Shown here: piece by piece, positions 53,054-61,744 of the stretch | Layout of the letters: each line of letters begins with the position of its first letter | How positions within the stretch are numbered: the stretch's first letter is position 1 | Source: Smithella sp. | GTDB taxonomy: Bacteria; Desulfobacterota; Syntrophia; Syntrophales; Smithellaceae | Length of the DNA: 64,000 nt | NCBI GenBank assembly: GCA_049523355.1 | Contig: JBEKMY010000022.1 | Span: 7,440-71,439 of the forward strand | Direction of reading: 5' to 3' | Notes under the pieces: model-generated | The model's input: only the letters and a program-made list of their open reading frames with translations | Told to the model about the DNA's origin: nothing | The model's database searches: none | Program-made: the position numbers and the translations under genes

Positions 53054-54688
53054 ATGCCTATCACAGAAATTCTTGCCCGCAACGCCGCTCTGTACGGCGA
53101 TGAAATAAGCCTTATCGAAATAAATCCCCAAATCAAAGAAATTAAAGCAGGCTGGAAGGAATACGAACTTGTCGAAACAAATCCTGAAAAAAGATACAGG
53201 CGGGAGATGACATGGCGCGAGTTTGACGACAAAGCCAACCGTTTGGCCAACTTTTTACTGGAAAGAGGTTTGGAAAAAGGGCACAAAGTAGGGATTTTGC
53301 TTATGAACTGCCTGGAGTGGCTGCCGATCTATTTCGGTATCCTGAAAACCGGTGCCATTGCGGTGCCCCTTAACTACCGTTATACCGAGGATGAAATCAA
53401 ATACTGTCTCGATCTGGCCGAATGTGATGTTTTAATCTTCGGGCCGGAATTTACCGAGAGAGTCGATGCGATCCGTGAGCAGATTCCGAAAATAAAAATA
53501 CGGCTGTTTTTGGGAATAGACTGCCCGGCGTTTGCCGAAAGTTATTACGCGCTCACGGCGTGCTGTTCCTCAATAGCTCCGAAAATCAAGCTCTCCGACG
53601 ATGATGACGCCGCTATATACTTTTCATCCGGCACCACCGGTTTTCCCAAGGCTATTCTCCACGCACACCGCAGCCTGATGCTATCCTGCGAATCGGAAAT
53701 GAATCACCATAAACAGACGCGCGAGGATAATTTCCTCTGTATTCCGCCGCTCTACCACACCGGCGCGAAAATGCACTGGTTCGGCAGCTTCCTTGCCGGC
53801 AGCAAAGCCGTTCTGCTGCGCGGTGTCAAACCGGAATGGATAGTAAGAGCTGTATCCGAGGAGCAGATAACAATTGTCTGGCTGCTGGTTCCCTGGGCGC
53901 AGGACATTCTGGATGCTATCGAACGCGGTGATATAAAGCTTGATCAATACAAACTCGATCAGTGGCGACTGATGCACATCGGCGCGCAGCCGGTTCCTCC
54001 CAGCCTGATCAAACGATGGAAAAAATATTTCCCCAACCATGATTACGATACGAATTACGGCCTGTCGGAATCTATCGGTCCCGGTTGTGTCCATCTTGGC
54101 ATGGAAAATATCCATAAAGTTGGCGCCATCGGAGTGGCGGGCTACAAGTGGGAAGTGCAGATCGTGGATGAAAACGGATGCCCCGTAAAACAGGGCGGGG
54201 TAGGCGAGCTTTGCGTAAAAGGCCCGGGCGTGATGAAATGTTATTACAACAATCCGGAAGCCACCGCCGAGATTCTCAAAGACGGCTGGCTATACACAGG
54301 TGATATGGCGCGAATGGATGAAGACGGTTTTATCTATCTTGTAGATCGCAAAAAAGACGTGATTATCACCGGTGGCGAGAACATTTACCCTGTTCAAATC
54401 GAGGATTTTCTGCGTACACATGACGCAATCAAGGATGTCGCTGTGATCGGGCTCCCCGACCACCGTTTGGGCGAAATCGTCGCGGCCGTCATTGAATTAA
54501 AGCCGGGTTTCTCCTGTTCCGAAGCCGGGATTACTCAGTTCTGCAACGCGCTGCCGCGTTACAAGCGTCCGCATAGAATCTTTTTTGAAAAGGTGCCGCG
54601 CAATCCAACCGGAAAAATTGAAAAGCCGAAACTTCGCGAAAAATATTGCGGCGGCAGCCTTGTCGAGGCGCAGACAGAGAGTCAATAA
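53054..54688 (+). CDS. AMP-dependent acyl-CoA synthetase/ligase
   Basis: YFSSGTTGFPKA AMP-binding motif, YGLSE, TGDMARMDEDGFIYLVDRKKD, PRNPTGKI. Start at MPITEIL. Confidence 0.88.
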   Translation: MPITEILARNAALYGDEISLIEINPQIKEIKAGWKEYELVETNPEKRYRREMTWREFDDKANRLANFLLERGLEKGHKVGILLMNCLEWLPIYFGILKTGAIAVPLNYRYTEDEIKYCLDLAECDVLIFGPEFTERVDAIREQIPKIKIRLFLGIDCPAFAESYYALTACCSSIAPKIKLSDDDDAAIYFSSGTTGFPKAILHAHRSLMLSCESEMNHHKQTREDNFLCIPPLYHTGAKMHWFGSFLAGSKAVLLRGVKPEWIVRAVSEEQITIVWLLVPWAQDILDAIERGDIKLDQYKLDQWRLMHIGAQPVPPSLIKRWKKYFPNHDYDTNYGLSESIGPGCVHLGMENIHKVGAIGVAGYKWEVQIVDENGCPVKQGGVGELCVKGPGVMKCYYNNPEATAEILKDGWLYTGDMARMDEDGFIYLVDRKKDVIITGGENIYPVQIEDFLRTHDAIKDVAVIGLPDHRLGEIVAAVIELKPGFSCSEAGITQFCNALPRYKRPHRIFFEKVPRNPTGKIEKPKLREKYCGGSLVEAQTESQ

Positions 54689-54707
54689 ACAAATATAGGA
54701 GAAAAGT

Positions 54708-55139
54708 ATGATTGCTTATCAGCTTTCCATTTTCGCGGAAAATAAATCGGGAAAACTTGCGAAAGTTACCGGCGTTCTGGCAAAGGAAAAAATCAATATA
54801 CGCGCGACGACGATAGCGACGGCGGATACATTTGGCATTATCAATCTGATTGTGGATGATCCCAAGAGAGCCGAAGCCGTTCTGTCACAGTCGGGTATGA
54901 CAGTGCATTTGCGGGAAGTTCTGGCGGTTTTGATTCCCGATACACCCGGCGGGCTGGATAAATTGATGCAACTGCTTTATCAGGAGGGCATCAATATCAA
55001 TAATGCCTATGGCTTTGTTTTGGAGAGTTCGAAAAAAGCGGTGTTCGTGGTTGATGTCGATCAGATGCAGAAAACGGAAAAGATTCTGGAGCAGAAAGGT
55101 TTTAAGACGCTTGATACGCAGTCACTTTCTGACATGTGA
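54708..55139 (+). CDS. tandem ACT domain protein
   Basis: Two copies of the ACT pattern (LSIFAENKSGKLAKVTGVLA... and IPDTPGGLDKLMQLL...). Confidence 0.75.
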   Translation: MIAYQLSIFAENKSGKLAKVTGVLAKEKINIRATTIATADTFGIINLIVDDPKRAEAVLSQSGMTVHLREVLAVLIPDTPGGLDKLMQLLYQEGININNAYGFVLESSKKAVFVVDVDQMQKTEKILEQKGFKTLDTQSLSDM

Positions 55140-55291
55140 TACTCTTTTGTTTGTAATTACCGTTTTGCAGGCGGTAATTATCGGTACTGTATATATTTTA
55201 TTTATTATGCGCTTCACTAAGGCAGCTTCCGCCTGCGAAGCTTTGTTTCAATAAGGATTAAGCCGTGTTAATTGGGCGCTTTTTAATCTTT

Positions 55292-56002
55292 CTAAGAGTA
55301 AATTCTCCCGTAGCTTTTAAGCAACTGAGTCATTAAATCGGCGTTTTTATGGGTGCCTTCAAGGATTTCTTCCATACCCAAAGGTTCATCCAGAAGGCCG
55401 TTCCCGAAATTATCGATAGAACAGACGCACGCATAAGGTATATCCAGTTCCACGGCAATTACTGCTTCATTTGCCATAGTCATGCCCACAATATCGGCAA
55501 AATTGGTCATCATTTTAATTTCAGCTTTTGTCTCCAGCCGGGGTCCCTGCGTTTGCCAGTAGGTTCCTTTTTTAATTACCGGTAAACCGTTTTCTAATGC
55601 CGCTTTGATTATTTTCTGCCGTACGTTTTCATTCAATGACGGTGTTATATGCACAGGTCTGTTTTTATGGATGGTGGGGGTGGCTGTAAGTGTAATAAAA
55701 TCATCGGGGACAACAATCATTCCCGGGCGTAAATCCTTCTTTAGTGAACCGGTGGAATTGATGCTCACTATTTCAGTAACCCCCATATCTTGCAGCGCCT
55801 TGAGATTAGCGCGATAGTTGATTAAATGAGGCAAGATATGATTTTTGGGGTCATTGCCGTGCCTTAGAATCAAGACGATTTTATCCATGGCAAATACAGA
55901 AGCCTGCCCGAATTCATTTTCTATCAATTTTAGCGAGCTATTTTTAAATAAATCACTTCTTTCCATGACTAATCTTGTGGAAATAACGCCCAAAATACCC
56001 AT
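55292..56002 (-). CDS. MTAP-family purine nucleoside / methylthioadenosine phosphorylase
   Basis: RHG..., NYRANLKALQDMGV, GPRLETKAE, VGMT motifs. Start at MGILGV with an AAGGAG RBS. Confidence 0.8.
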   Translation of the reverse strand: MGILGVISTRLVMERSDLFKNSSLKLIENEFGQASVFAMDKIVLILRHGNDPKNHILPHLINYRANLKALQDMGVTEIVSINSTGSLKKDLRPGMIVVPDDFITLTATPTIHKNRPVHITPSLNENVRQKIIKAALENGLPVIKKGTYWQTQGPRLETKAEIKMMTNFADIVGMTMANEAVIAVELDIPYACVCSIDNFGNGLLDEPLGMEEILEGTHKNADLMTQLLKSYGRIYS

Positions 56003-56189
56003 AAGAATCTCCTTTAATGTTAATTTGTATAGCAAATTAATTTAACGCAGTCAAAATAAACAGTTACTGCAATATTGGTTTTTAACAGCCAAAAAGAGCT
56101 TATTTTTGTATTATCATATAGCATTTGACTTTCTTTGCTTTGTTATGACATATAGACTTTCTACAAAGTATTAAAGGGGGATTTTATTA

Positions 56190-56519
56190 ATGAGCAGCCA
56201 ATTCTTGGGTATTGCAACGGATGATAATTTTGAAAATGAAGTTTTAAAAAGCGCAAAACCGGTACTCATTGATTTCTGGGCGCCCTGGTGCGGTCCCTGT
56301 AAAGCGATAGGCCCTATAGTTGAAGAACTTGCGGGACAGTTTAAAGATACTGTTAAATTTATGAAATTAAATGTTGATGAAAATCAGAAAACAGCGCTGA
56401 ATTATGCCGTGCGCAGCATACCGACCCTTATTCTTTTTAAAGACGGCAAAGTTTTAGATACTCTCATTGGCCTTGTTCCTCAGCAAAGGCTTGAAGATTT
56501 CGTCAAAAAATCCTTATAA
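56190..56519 (+). CDS. trxA: thioredoxin
   Basis: DFWAPWCGPCK active site. 109 aa. Confidence 0.93.
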   Translation: MSSQFLGIATDDNFENEVLKSAKPVLIDFWAPWCGPCKAIGPIVEELAGQFKDTVKFMKLNVDENQKTALNYAVRSIPTLILFKDGKVLDTLIGLVPQQRLEDFVKKSL

Positions 56520-56549
56520 AATTATTTAACATAAAAAGGTTGTGATTTG

Positions 56550-57308
56550 ATGTATTCAAGAATATTCAAAAAGATAATTGGATTGTGCATAGCTTTATCA
56601 CTGTTGTTGATTATCAGCGGCTTTTCGTTTTCAGATATTTTTGGTAAACAAGAAACGGTTAAATCTTCGCCCGAAGGACTTTATTCCAAGGCATCCGCTG
56701 AATATAGGAACGGCCATTATAAAAAAGCACAGGAATATTTCCAGCGCCTCAAGGAAGAATATCCATTGCACGATCTGGCAGTTTTAGCGGAGATAGGGGT
56801 GGCAGATTCCTTATATAGTGATAAAGAATACGCGAAAGCGGAAAACGCTTACACGGACTTTATTTCTCTTCATCCCGTCAACGAAAATGTTCCTTATGCC
56901 ATCTATCAATTGGGACTGTGCCATTATAATCAAATAGAAGATGTTGATCGCGATCAGACGGAAACGATGTCCGCTAAAAAGGAATGGGAAAAGCTGATAG
57001 CGCGATATCCTGAAAGTAAATTCTCCACCATGGCTGAAAAAATGGTACGTGAGTGCAAACAAAAACTTGCGGAACGGGAATTTTATGTGGGGAAATTTTA
57101 TCTAAGACAAGACAAGTATCAGGCAGCCCTTGCGCGTTTTGAGAAGGTGGCGCGTGATTATGCCAACATTGGCCTTGATTACAAGATAGAATATTACATT
57201 AAAGAAACCAAAGCAAAAATGGCTGAGGAAGAAAAACTGAAATTAAAAAAAGAAGCGGAAAGGAAAAAGAAGGAAGAAGAAAAGAAACAAAAAGCTGCAA
57301 CAAAATAA
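56550..57308 (+). CDS. bamD: outer membrane protein assembly factor BamD-like TPR protein
   Basis: Signal sequence and TPR pattern with YPES.F...A and GKFYLRQDKYQAALARF. Lys/Glu-rich tail. Confidence 0.75.
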   Translation: MYSRIFKKIIGLCIALSLLLIISGFSFSDIFGKQETVKSSPEGLYSKASAEYRNGHYKKAQEYFQRLKEEYPLHDLAVLAEIGVADSLYSDKEYAKAENAYTDFISLHPVNENVPYAIYQLGLCHYNQIEDVDRDQTETMSAKKEWEKLIARYPESKFSTMAEKMVRECKQKLAEREFYVGKFYLRQDKYQAALARFEKVARDYANIGLDYKIEYYIKETKAKMAEEEKLKLKKEAERKKKEEEKKQKAATK

Positions 57309-57337
57309 TATATATTCCAGCCTGATTAATTCCCGAT

Positions 57338-58909
57338 TTATTCTTCCAGTCTGATTTTCCTGATAATTTCCTGCCGCGTACTTTCCGGATTAACGGAAGT
57401 ATCAATTTTAAGGTGACAATCCGCCGGCACTTCGTCAATCGCATCGAAGTCGTCTTTTTGCTTATGAAACAATTCCCATCGTCCGTCGGAGGGATTGTCG
57501 TTATTCCTGATTCTTCTTTCCAGACGTTTCTTTGTGATTTTGTCGGGGCAGACGCATTCCAGGATATAAAAATGTACGCCGAGATTTCGCGCCAAATCAA
57601 GCGCCTTTTGGCGCTCGGTCCGTCTCTTGAAAGAGGCGTCAATAATTACCGCTTTTCGCTGTTTAATTTTCTGCGCGGCCAGATCATAAGCCTTGTCATA
57701 CGTAAGACGGGAAATATCGTCGGAATAAATACCCCGGCCGAAATCTTCATAATTCCTGCTTGTCGGTTTAATATGGAATAACTCTTTACGCAATATATCG
57801 GTGCGAATAATTTCCGCGCCAAAACGTGCCGCGAGTGCGCGTGCCTGATAACTTTTTCCTGAACCCATCAGCCCCGCGGTTAAAATCAATACCGGTTTAT
57901 CCAGACGGGTGGCGTAGGTATAGGCAAGATCAAAGTATCGCGCCGCGGTTTTTGTAATTTCCATGCGTTCGCGTTGAGTAATTTCCTTTTGATCACGACG
58001 AAAACTGGTTACTTTCCCGCGCACGTAAGCATAATAGCACCGGTAAAAATTCAGCAAGGTGAGCATATCTGTATCGCCGGAATGTTTAATGTAGGATTGA
58101 ATAAAAGCATCGGCGTGACGCGAGTAACCGTTGAAATCAATATCCATCGTTAAAAAAGCCACGTCTTGCGCAACATCGCCATAACGGAAACGCTCGTTAA
58201 ATTCGATGCAGTCGAAAATGATTATGTCATCCGTTACGCAAATATGTTCCAGATGCAAATCGCCATGACAATCTCTGATCTTATGATCAGAAACTCTTTT
58301 CCCGAAAAGAGTTTTATTTTCAACCAGAAATTTCCCCACGTAGTGTTTTATGAAATTATATTGATATTCGGGGATAGTAATATTTATACAGCTCAGTGTT
58401 TCAGCGAAATTTTCCTCATTATTGTGACGGATGTTTTCAATATCTCCCATTGCGTCAATTTTGCCGCCGGTTTGAGCCTGTTGATGAAAAGCGGCTATTT
58501 TCCCGGCCAGGTTATCCATCATCCTGTCATCGGTTAATCCTTGCAAAAGAAGTGTTTTGAGCATTCTGTCGGCAGGGAGCTTTTTCATCCGCACGGCATA
58601 ATCAATGATCTCTACGCCCCTGCCCAGAGTAATGTTTCCCTGAGAGTCTCGCGATATGGCCGTAACATCAAGATAGGTGTCAGCGGCAAGGCGTTTATTT
58701 AATCTCAGTTCTTCTTCACAATAAAACTTTCGTTTTTCCAGGCTGGTAAAATCCAGAAAATCAAACTTGAGAGGTTTTTTGACTTTGTAGACAATATCTC
58801 CGGCAATGAAAACATAAGAAATATGTGTCTGGATGAATTCGACAGTTGCCGGATTGTGAGGATAGAAGTCAACCTTTTTCATTGTTTCAATTAATTGATG
58901 ATGAATCAT
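57338..58909 (-). CDS. bifunctional phosphotransferase-fold / P-loop kinase protein
   Basis: APH-like catalytic HGDLHLEHI and D..EFNERF in the N-terminal two thirds. C-terminal GLMGSGKS P-loop module. Confidence 0.8.
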   Translation of the reverse strand: MIHHQLIETMKKVDFYPHNPATVEFIQTHISYVFIAGDIVYKVKKPLKFDFLDFTSLEKRKFYCEEELRLNKRLAADTYLDVTAISRDSQGNITLGRGVEIIDYAVRMKKLPADRMLKTLLLQGLTDDRMMDNLAGKIAAFHQQAQTGGKIDAMGDIENIRHNNEENFAETLSCINITIPEYQYNFIKHYVGKFLVENKTLFGKRVSDHKIRDCHGDLHLEHICVTDDIIIFDCIEFNERFRYGDVAQDVAFLTMDIDFNGYSRHADAFIQSYIKHSGDTDMLTLLNFYRCYYAYVRGKVTSFRRDQKEITQRERMEITKTAARYFDLAYTYATRLDKPVLILTAGLMGSGKSYQARALAARFGAEIIRTDILRKELFHIKPTSRNYEDFGRGIYSDDISRLTYDKAYDLAAQKIKQRKAVIIDASFKRRTERQKALDLARNLGVHFYILECVCPDKITKKRLERRIRNNDNPSDGRWELFHKQKDDFDAIDEVPADCHLKIDTSVNPESTRQEIIRKIRLEE

Positions 58910-59065
58910 AAGAGATTCCTCACAAACATCTACCCGGCAAAATTATTCGGCCTCAAGTTATTTTAACAATCATACGCCGATAATCAAGTCAAAATAAAAT
59001 TCGCGCTTGCACTCACGGATTATTCATGATTATTTTACATCTACGTACAACATGGGGAAGCATAG

Positions 59066-59716
59066 ATGTTTAAAAAACTGCGTAAAATAGCTAAAACCAA
59101 GCCCGCCGGAGCTGTCATTTACTGGATTGCATGTCTTTATTGTGCGACGTTGCGACTGAAAATAGAAAATGAAAATGAATGGTTCGATTATCTGGAGCAA
59201 GGCGGAAGGGTCCTTATATGCGGTTGGCATCAACAGTTTTTTATCGGGATTCGCGTTTTTAATAAATACAGGAAATATCAGCCCGCCTTGATGTCTTCCA
59301 AAAGTCTGGACGGGCAGATTGCCGGTGGTATTGCCGGTCGGGCAGGGTTCCATACGGTATGGGGTTCTTCTTCCAACAGCGCAAGCGCCGCCCTTAAAGA
59401 AATGATTCACAGGTTAAGAGATCATCGTATGGCGGCGCATGTACTTGATGGGCCGCGTGGTCCCGCGGGATTGGTTAAACTTGGCGCGATTGCTATTGCC
59501 CGCGGCGCCGGAGCCGTGATTGTTCCCTCAGTTGCAATTGCTGATAATGCCTGGTATTTGCACAGTTGGGATAGATTTATGATTCCTAAACCTTTCTCCC
59601 GCGTTACTATAAAATTTTGTCCTAAAATTGAGTTGCCATCGGCAATGGATAAAGCCGAATTTGAAAATCAAAGAAAAAAGCTGGAAGATATTATACGGCC
59701 GTATCTGAAACTTTAG
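59066..59716 (+). CDS. DUF374 lysophospholipid-acyltransferase-like protein
   Basis: CGWHQQFF...VLDGPRGPAG pattern typical of DUF374. Confidence 0.75.
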   Translation: MFKKLRKIAKTKPAGAVIYWIACLYCATLRLKIENENEWFDYLEQGGRVLICGWHQQFFIGIRVFNKYRKYQPALMSSKSLDGQIAGGIAGRAGFHTVWGSSSNSASAALKEMIHRLRDHRMAAHVLDGPRGPAGLVKLGAIAIARGAGAVIVPSVAIADNAWYLHSWDRFMIPKPFSRVTIKFCPKIELPSAMDKAEFENQRKKLEDIIRPYLKL

Positions 59717-59777
59717 ATGTAATTTATGTATTCCAGGTTTCCCGAAGCAACAAAAAATAGTGCGTGTAGAGTCTATA

Positions 59778-60425
59778 TTATTGGTATTGGTCGAGGAATT
59801 TGTGCAAAGCGGTCTTTAACCAGGCAAAAGATTCCTGTTTGGTTACAACAAATAGATATCCGCCGATGTTTTTTTCATTAAACTCGAACACTGTCCTTAA
59901 AACAATGGCTACGTTGCCAGGAGCAGTCAGGCTGGCGGATACTATATCGCGACTACTTTTTTCAACGACAACGCGTGGTGGTGAATAAGTAGAAAAATCA
60001 CCTAAAAGTTCAGAAATTTTTCCAATACATGCTCCGATCAGGATGTTGCCAATTTCCAGAAATGTTTCTTTCTCCATCTCATTAGCAGGATCTGAGAGAA
60101 ACAATTCATCTCCACTGCCCAGTATGGAAGATATTCTTTTTCCTGATCCGGACGGGAAAAACAAATAAGCGTTACCCTTAAATTTACCCCAGAAACTTTG
60201 TTCCACAACGGATACTTTATCGCAGTCTTTTAGTTCACTGTTAATATATACTGGAAGCTCAGAGGCTTGAAGCAGTATGACATCGGGAGGACTCAGGAGA
60301 ACAAAAATATCTATGAATTCTGCGAGATCCGCAGCGGCACGGCCAAAAGCGATATTCATGATTTCCTGCATGAGATCAGTTTCTTCGCTAGTAATCATCG
60401 CATTGGTGCTATCATTTATCGGCAT
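59778..60425 (-). CDS. cheC: CheC-type CheY-P phosphatase
   Basis: Two copies of the E-x2-N-x22-P active-site motif (QEIMN...LLSPP and LEIGN...TYSPP). Confidence 0.8.
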   Translation of the reverse strand: MPINDSTNAMITSEETDLMQEIMNIAFGRAAADLAEFIDIFVLLSPPDVILLQASELPVYINSELKDCDKVSVVEQSFWGKFKGNAYLFFPSGSGKRISSILGSGDELFLSDPANEMEKETFLEIGNILIGACIGKISELLGDFSTYSPPRVVVEKSSRDIVSASLTAPGNVAIVLRTVFEFNEKNIGGYLFVVTKQESFAWLKTALHKFLDQYQ

Positions 60426-60428
60426 AAT

Positions 60429-60809
60429 TTATCCACGCTCCGCCAGGGCATTGTCTGCTTCTTTGATGGCCGCTGTTATTGATTCTTTTGCCGGTGGCTT
60501 TTTTAATACCGAAAATGCGCCTAAATCATGTGCTTTTGCAATTGCTTTGATTTGAACATCCGCAGTACAAATTATAACAATTGCTTTTGGATCGACTTTT
60601 AAAATTTCTTCCAGGGCCTGAAAACCATCCATGACAGGCATCGTTAAATCCATGAAAGTCAGATCCGGTTTAATTTCCTTGAATTTTTCCACACCGCTTT
60701 TACCATCGGGAGCATCAAACATTTCGTAATCATTATCTTTAGGTATACAGCTCTTCATTATTTTTACAGATATGACAGAATCGTCAACAATTAATATTTT
60801 TTTAATCAT
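60429..60809 (-). CDS. cheY: CheY-like single-domain response regulator
   Basis: KILIVDDS...DLTMPVMDG...K receiver motifs. Start at MIKKIL with a GGAGAGG RBS. Confidence 0.88.
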   Translation of the reverse strand: MIKKILIVDDSVISVKIMKSCIPKDNDYEMFDAPDGKSGVEKFKEIKPDLTFMDLTMPVMDGFQALEEILKVDPKAIVIICTADVQIKAIAKAHDLGAFSVLKKPPAKESITAAIKEADNALAERG

Positions 60810-60852
60810 AAAAACCTCTCCCCATAGCGGTATGTTTTCCGGACAATTTCTT

Positions 60853-61265
60853 TCAGAACCGTTCCGCACACAGTGTGCTCTTTGTATAGGAGTTTCTGTT
60901 AATAAGCAACAGAAATTTTATCTTCCGTAACGCGTTAAAAAGTTTTGTTTGCGGTGATTTTTTCAATGTCTCGGCAATTTGTTATAAAATAAAATCGTCA
61001 CATTGATGGCCATGAGTATCATTTACTTTTTTGAAATAATCAATGTCGAACATGATCATGCCAAGCGGCTATTGGTAATGTTTGTTTCTTTCAATTTCTT
61101 CTTTTTGGGCGAATATACAGATTGCAACCTTTACGTGCTTCGGTGAGAGCATCTTTCCTGTTCATCTTAATAAGATTTGCCGGAAGTTAACTGCTCCTGT
61201 AGCTTCATAAATGGCGATAAGAATGTATTCAATGAAGCCATTTTCACTTAACACTAAAGCGTGTC
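60853..61265 (-). pseudogene. decayed GGDEF (diguanylate cyclase) gene remnant
   Basis: A single minus-strand frame reads ...[51 protein letters not shown]...[15 protein letters not shown]. The DxDxFKxxNDxxGH block is intact. There are three in-frame stops, RKIKF stands where GGDEF is expected, and the domain is truncated before cheY. Confidence 0.55.
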
Positions 61266-61467
61266 GTAAAAATCATCTAATTTCTATTATTTGCCTTGTA
61301 ATTTAAATAACTTTTATAAATATTTTAATATAGAAATATTTTGCAGTCAATATTTTAAAAAATGATTGGTCGTATTTATTGAATGCGCAACTTATTTTTT
61401 ATCAATATTAATAAGTTGGCAGCGTATAGTCAATATATTATATCCTGATTCGTATGTATATTATCCC

Positions 61468-61496
61468 TTGACTTTGGCGATATATTTTGGTGATAT
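61468..61496 (+). promoter_or_regulatory. sigma-70-type promoter for the riboswitch-cheA transcript
   Basis: TTGACT, 17 nt (ending TGg), TGATAT. About 15 nt upstream of the aptamer. Confidence 0.45.
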
Positions 61497-61512
61497 ATTA
61501 ATGTGTATGAAA

Positions 61513-61616
61513 AGTTTCAAATTGATCAAGGCAAACCGCCTGAAAAGACGGGACGCAAAGTCACTGACCTAAGTCTTCGTGTTGGGGGATATGGTGGCAG
61601 GACTGCCGTGTAAACT
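61513..61616 (+). promoter_or_regulatory. GEMM-I (c-di-GMP-I class) riboswitch aptamer candidate
   Basis: AAGGCAAACC-gccu-GAAA-agac-GGGACGCAAAG matches the class core. A GAAA tetraloop hairpin is paired with a canonical 11-nt receptor, CCUAAG (61568-73) ... UAUGG (61590-94), inside a long second helix (61560-61603). Confidence 0.7.
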
Positions 61617-61744
61617 CACAGTAGTCAATGACCCTGCCATGATATCAAGTATAACAATTTAAAAAAATTGATTGACTATATATCGAATAATTTCTTAACT
61701 TGCGGCGTTCGATAGAATAATATTTGAGTGGAAAAAGATAAAAA

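Noticed and set aside
61366-61572. 68-aa ORF in the cheY-cheA intergenic region
   Set aside because: It has no RBS, an AT-rich composition-driven sequence, and its 3' end runs through the promoter and the riboswitch aptamer core.
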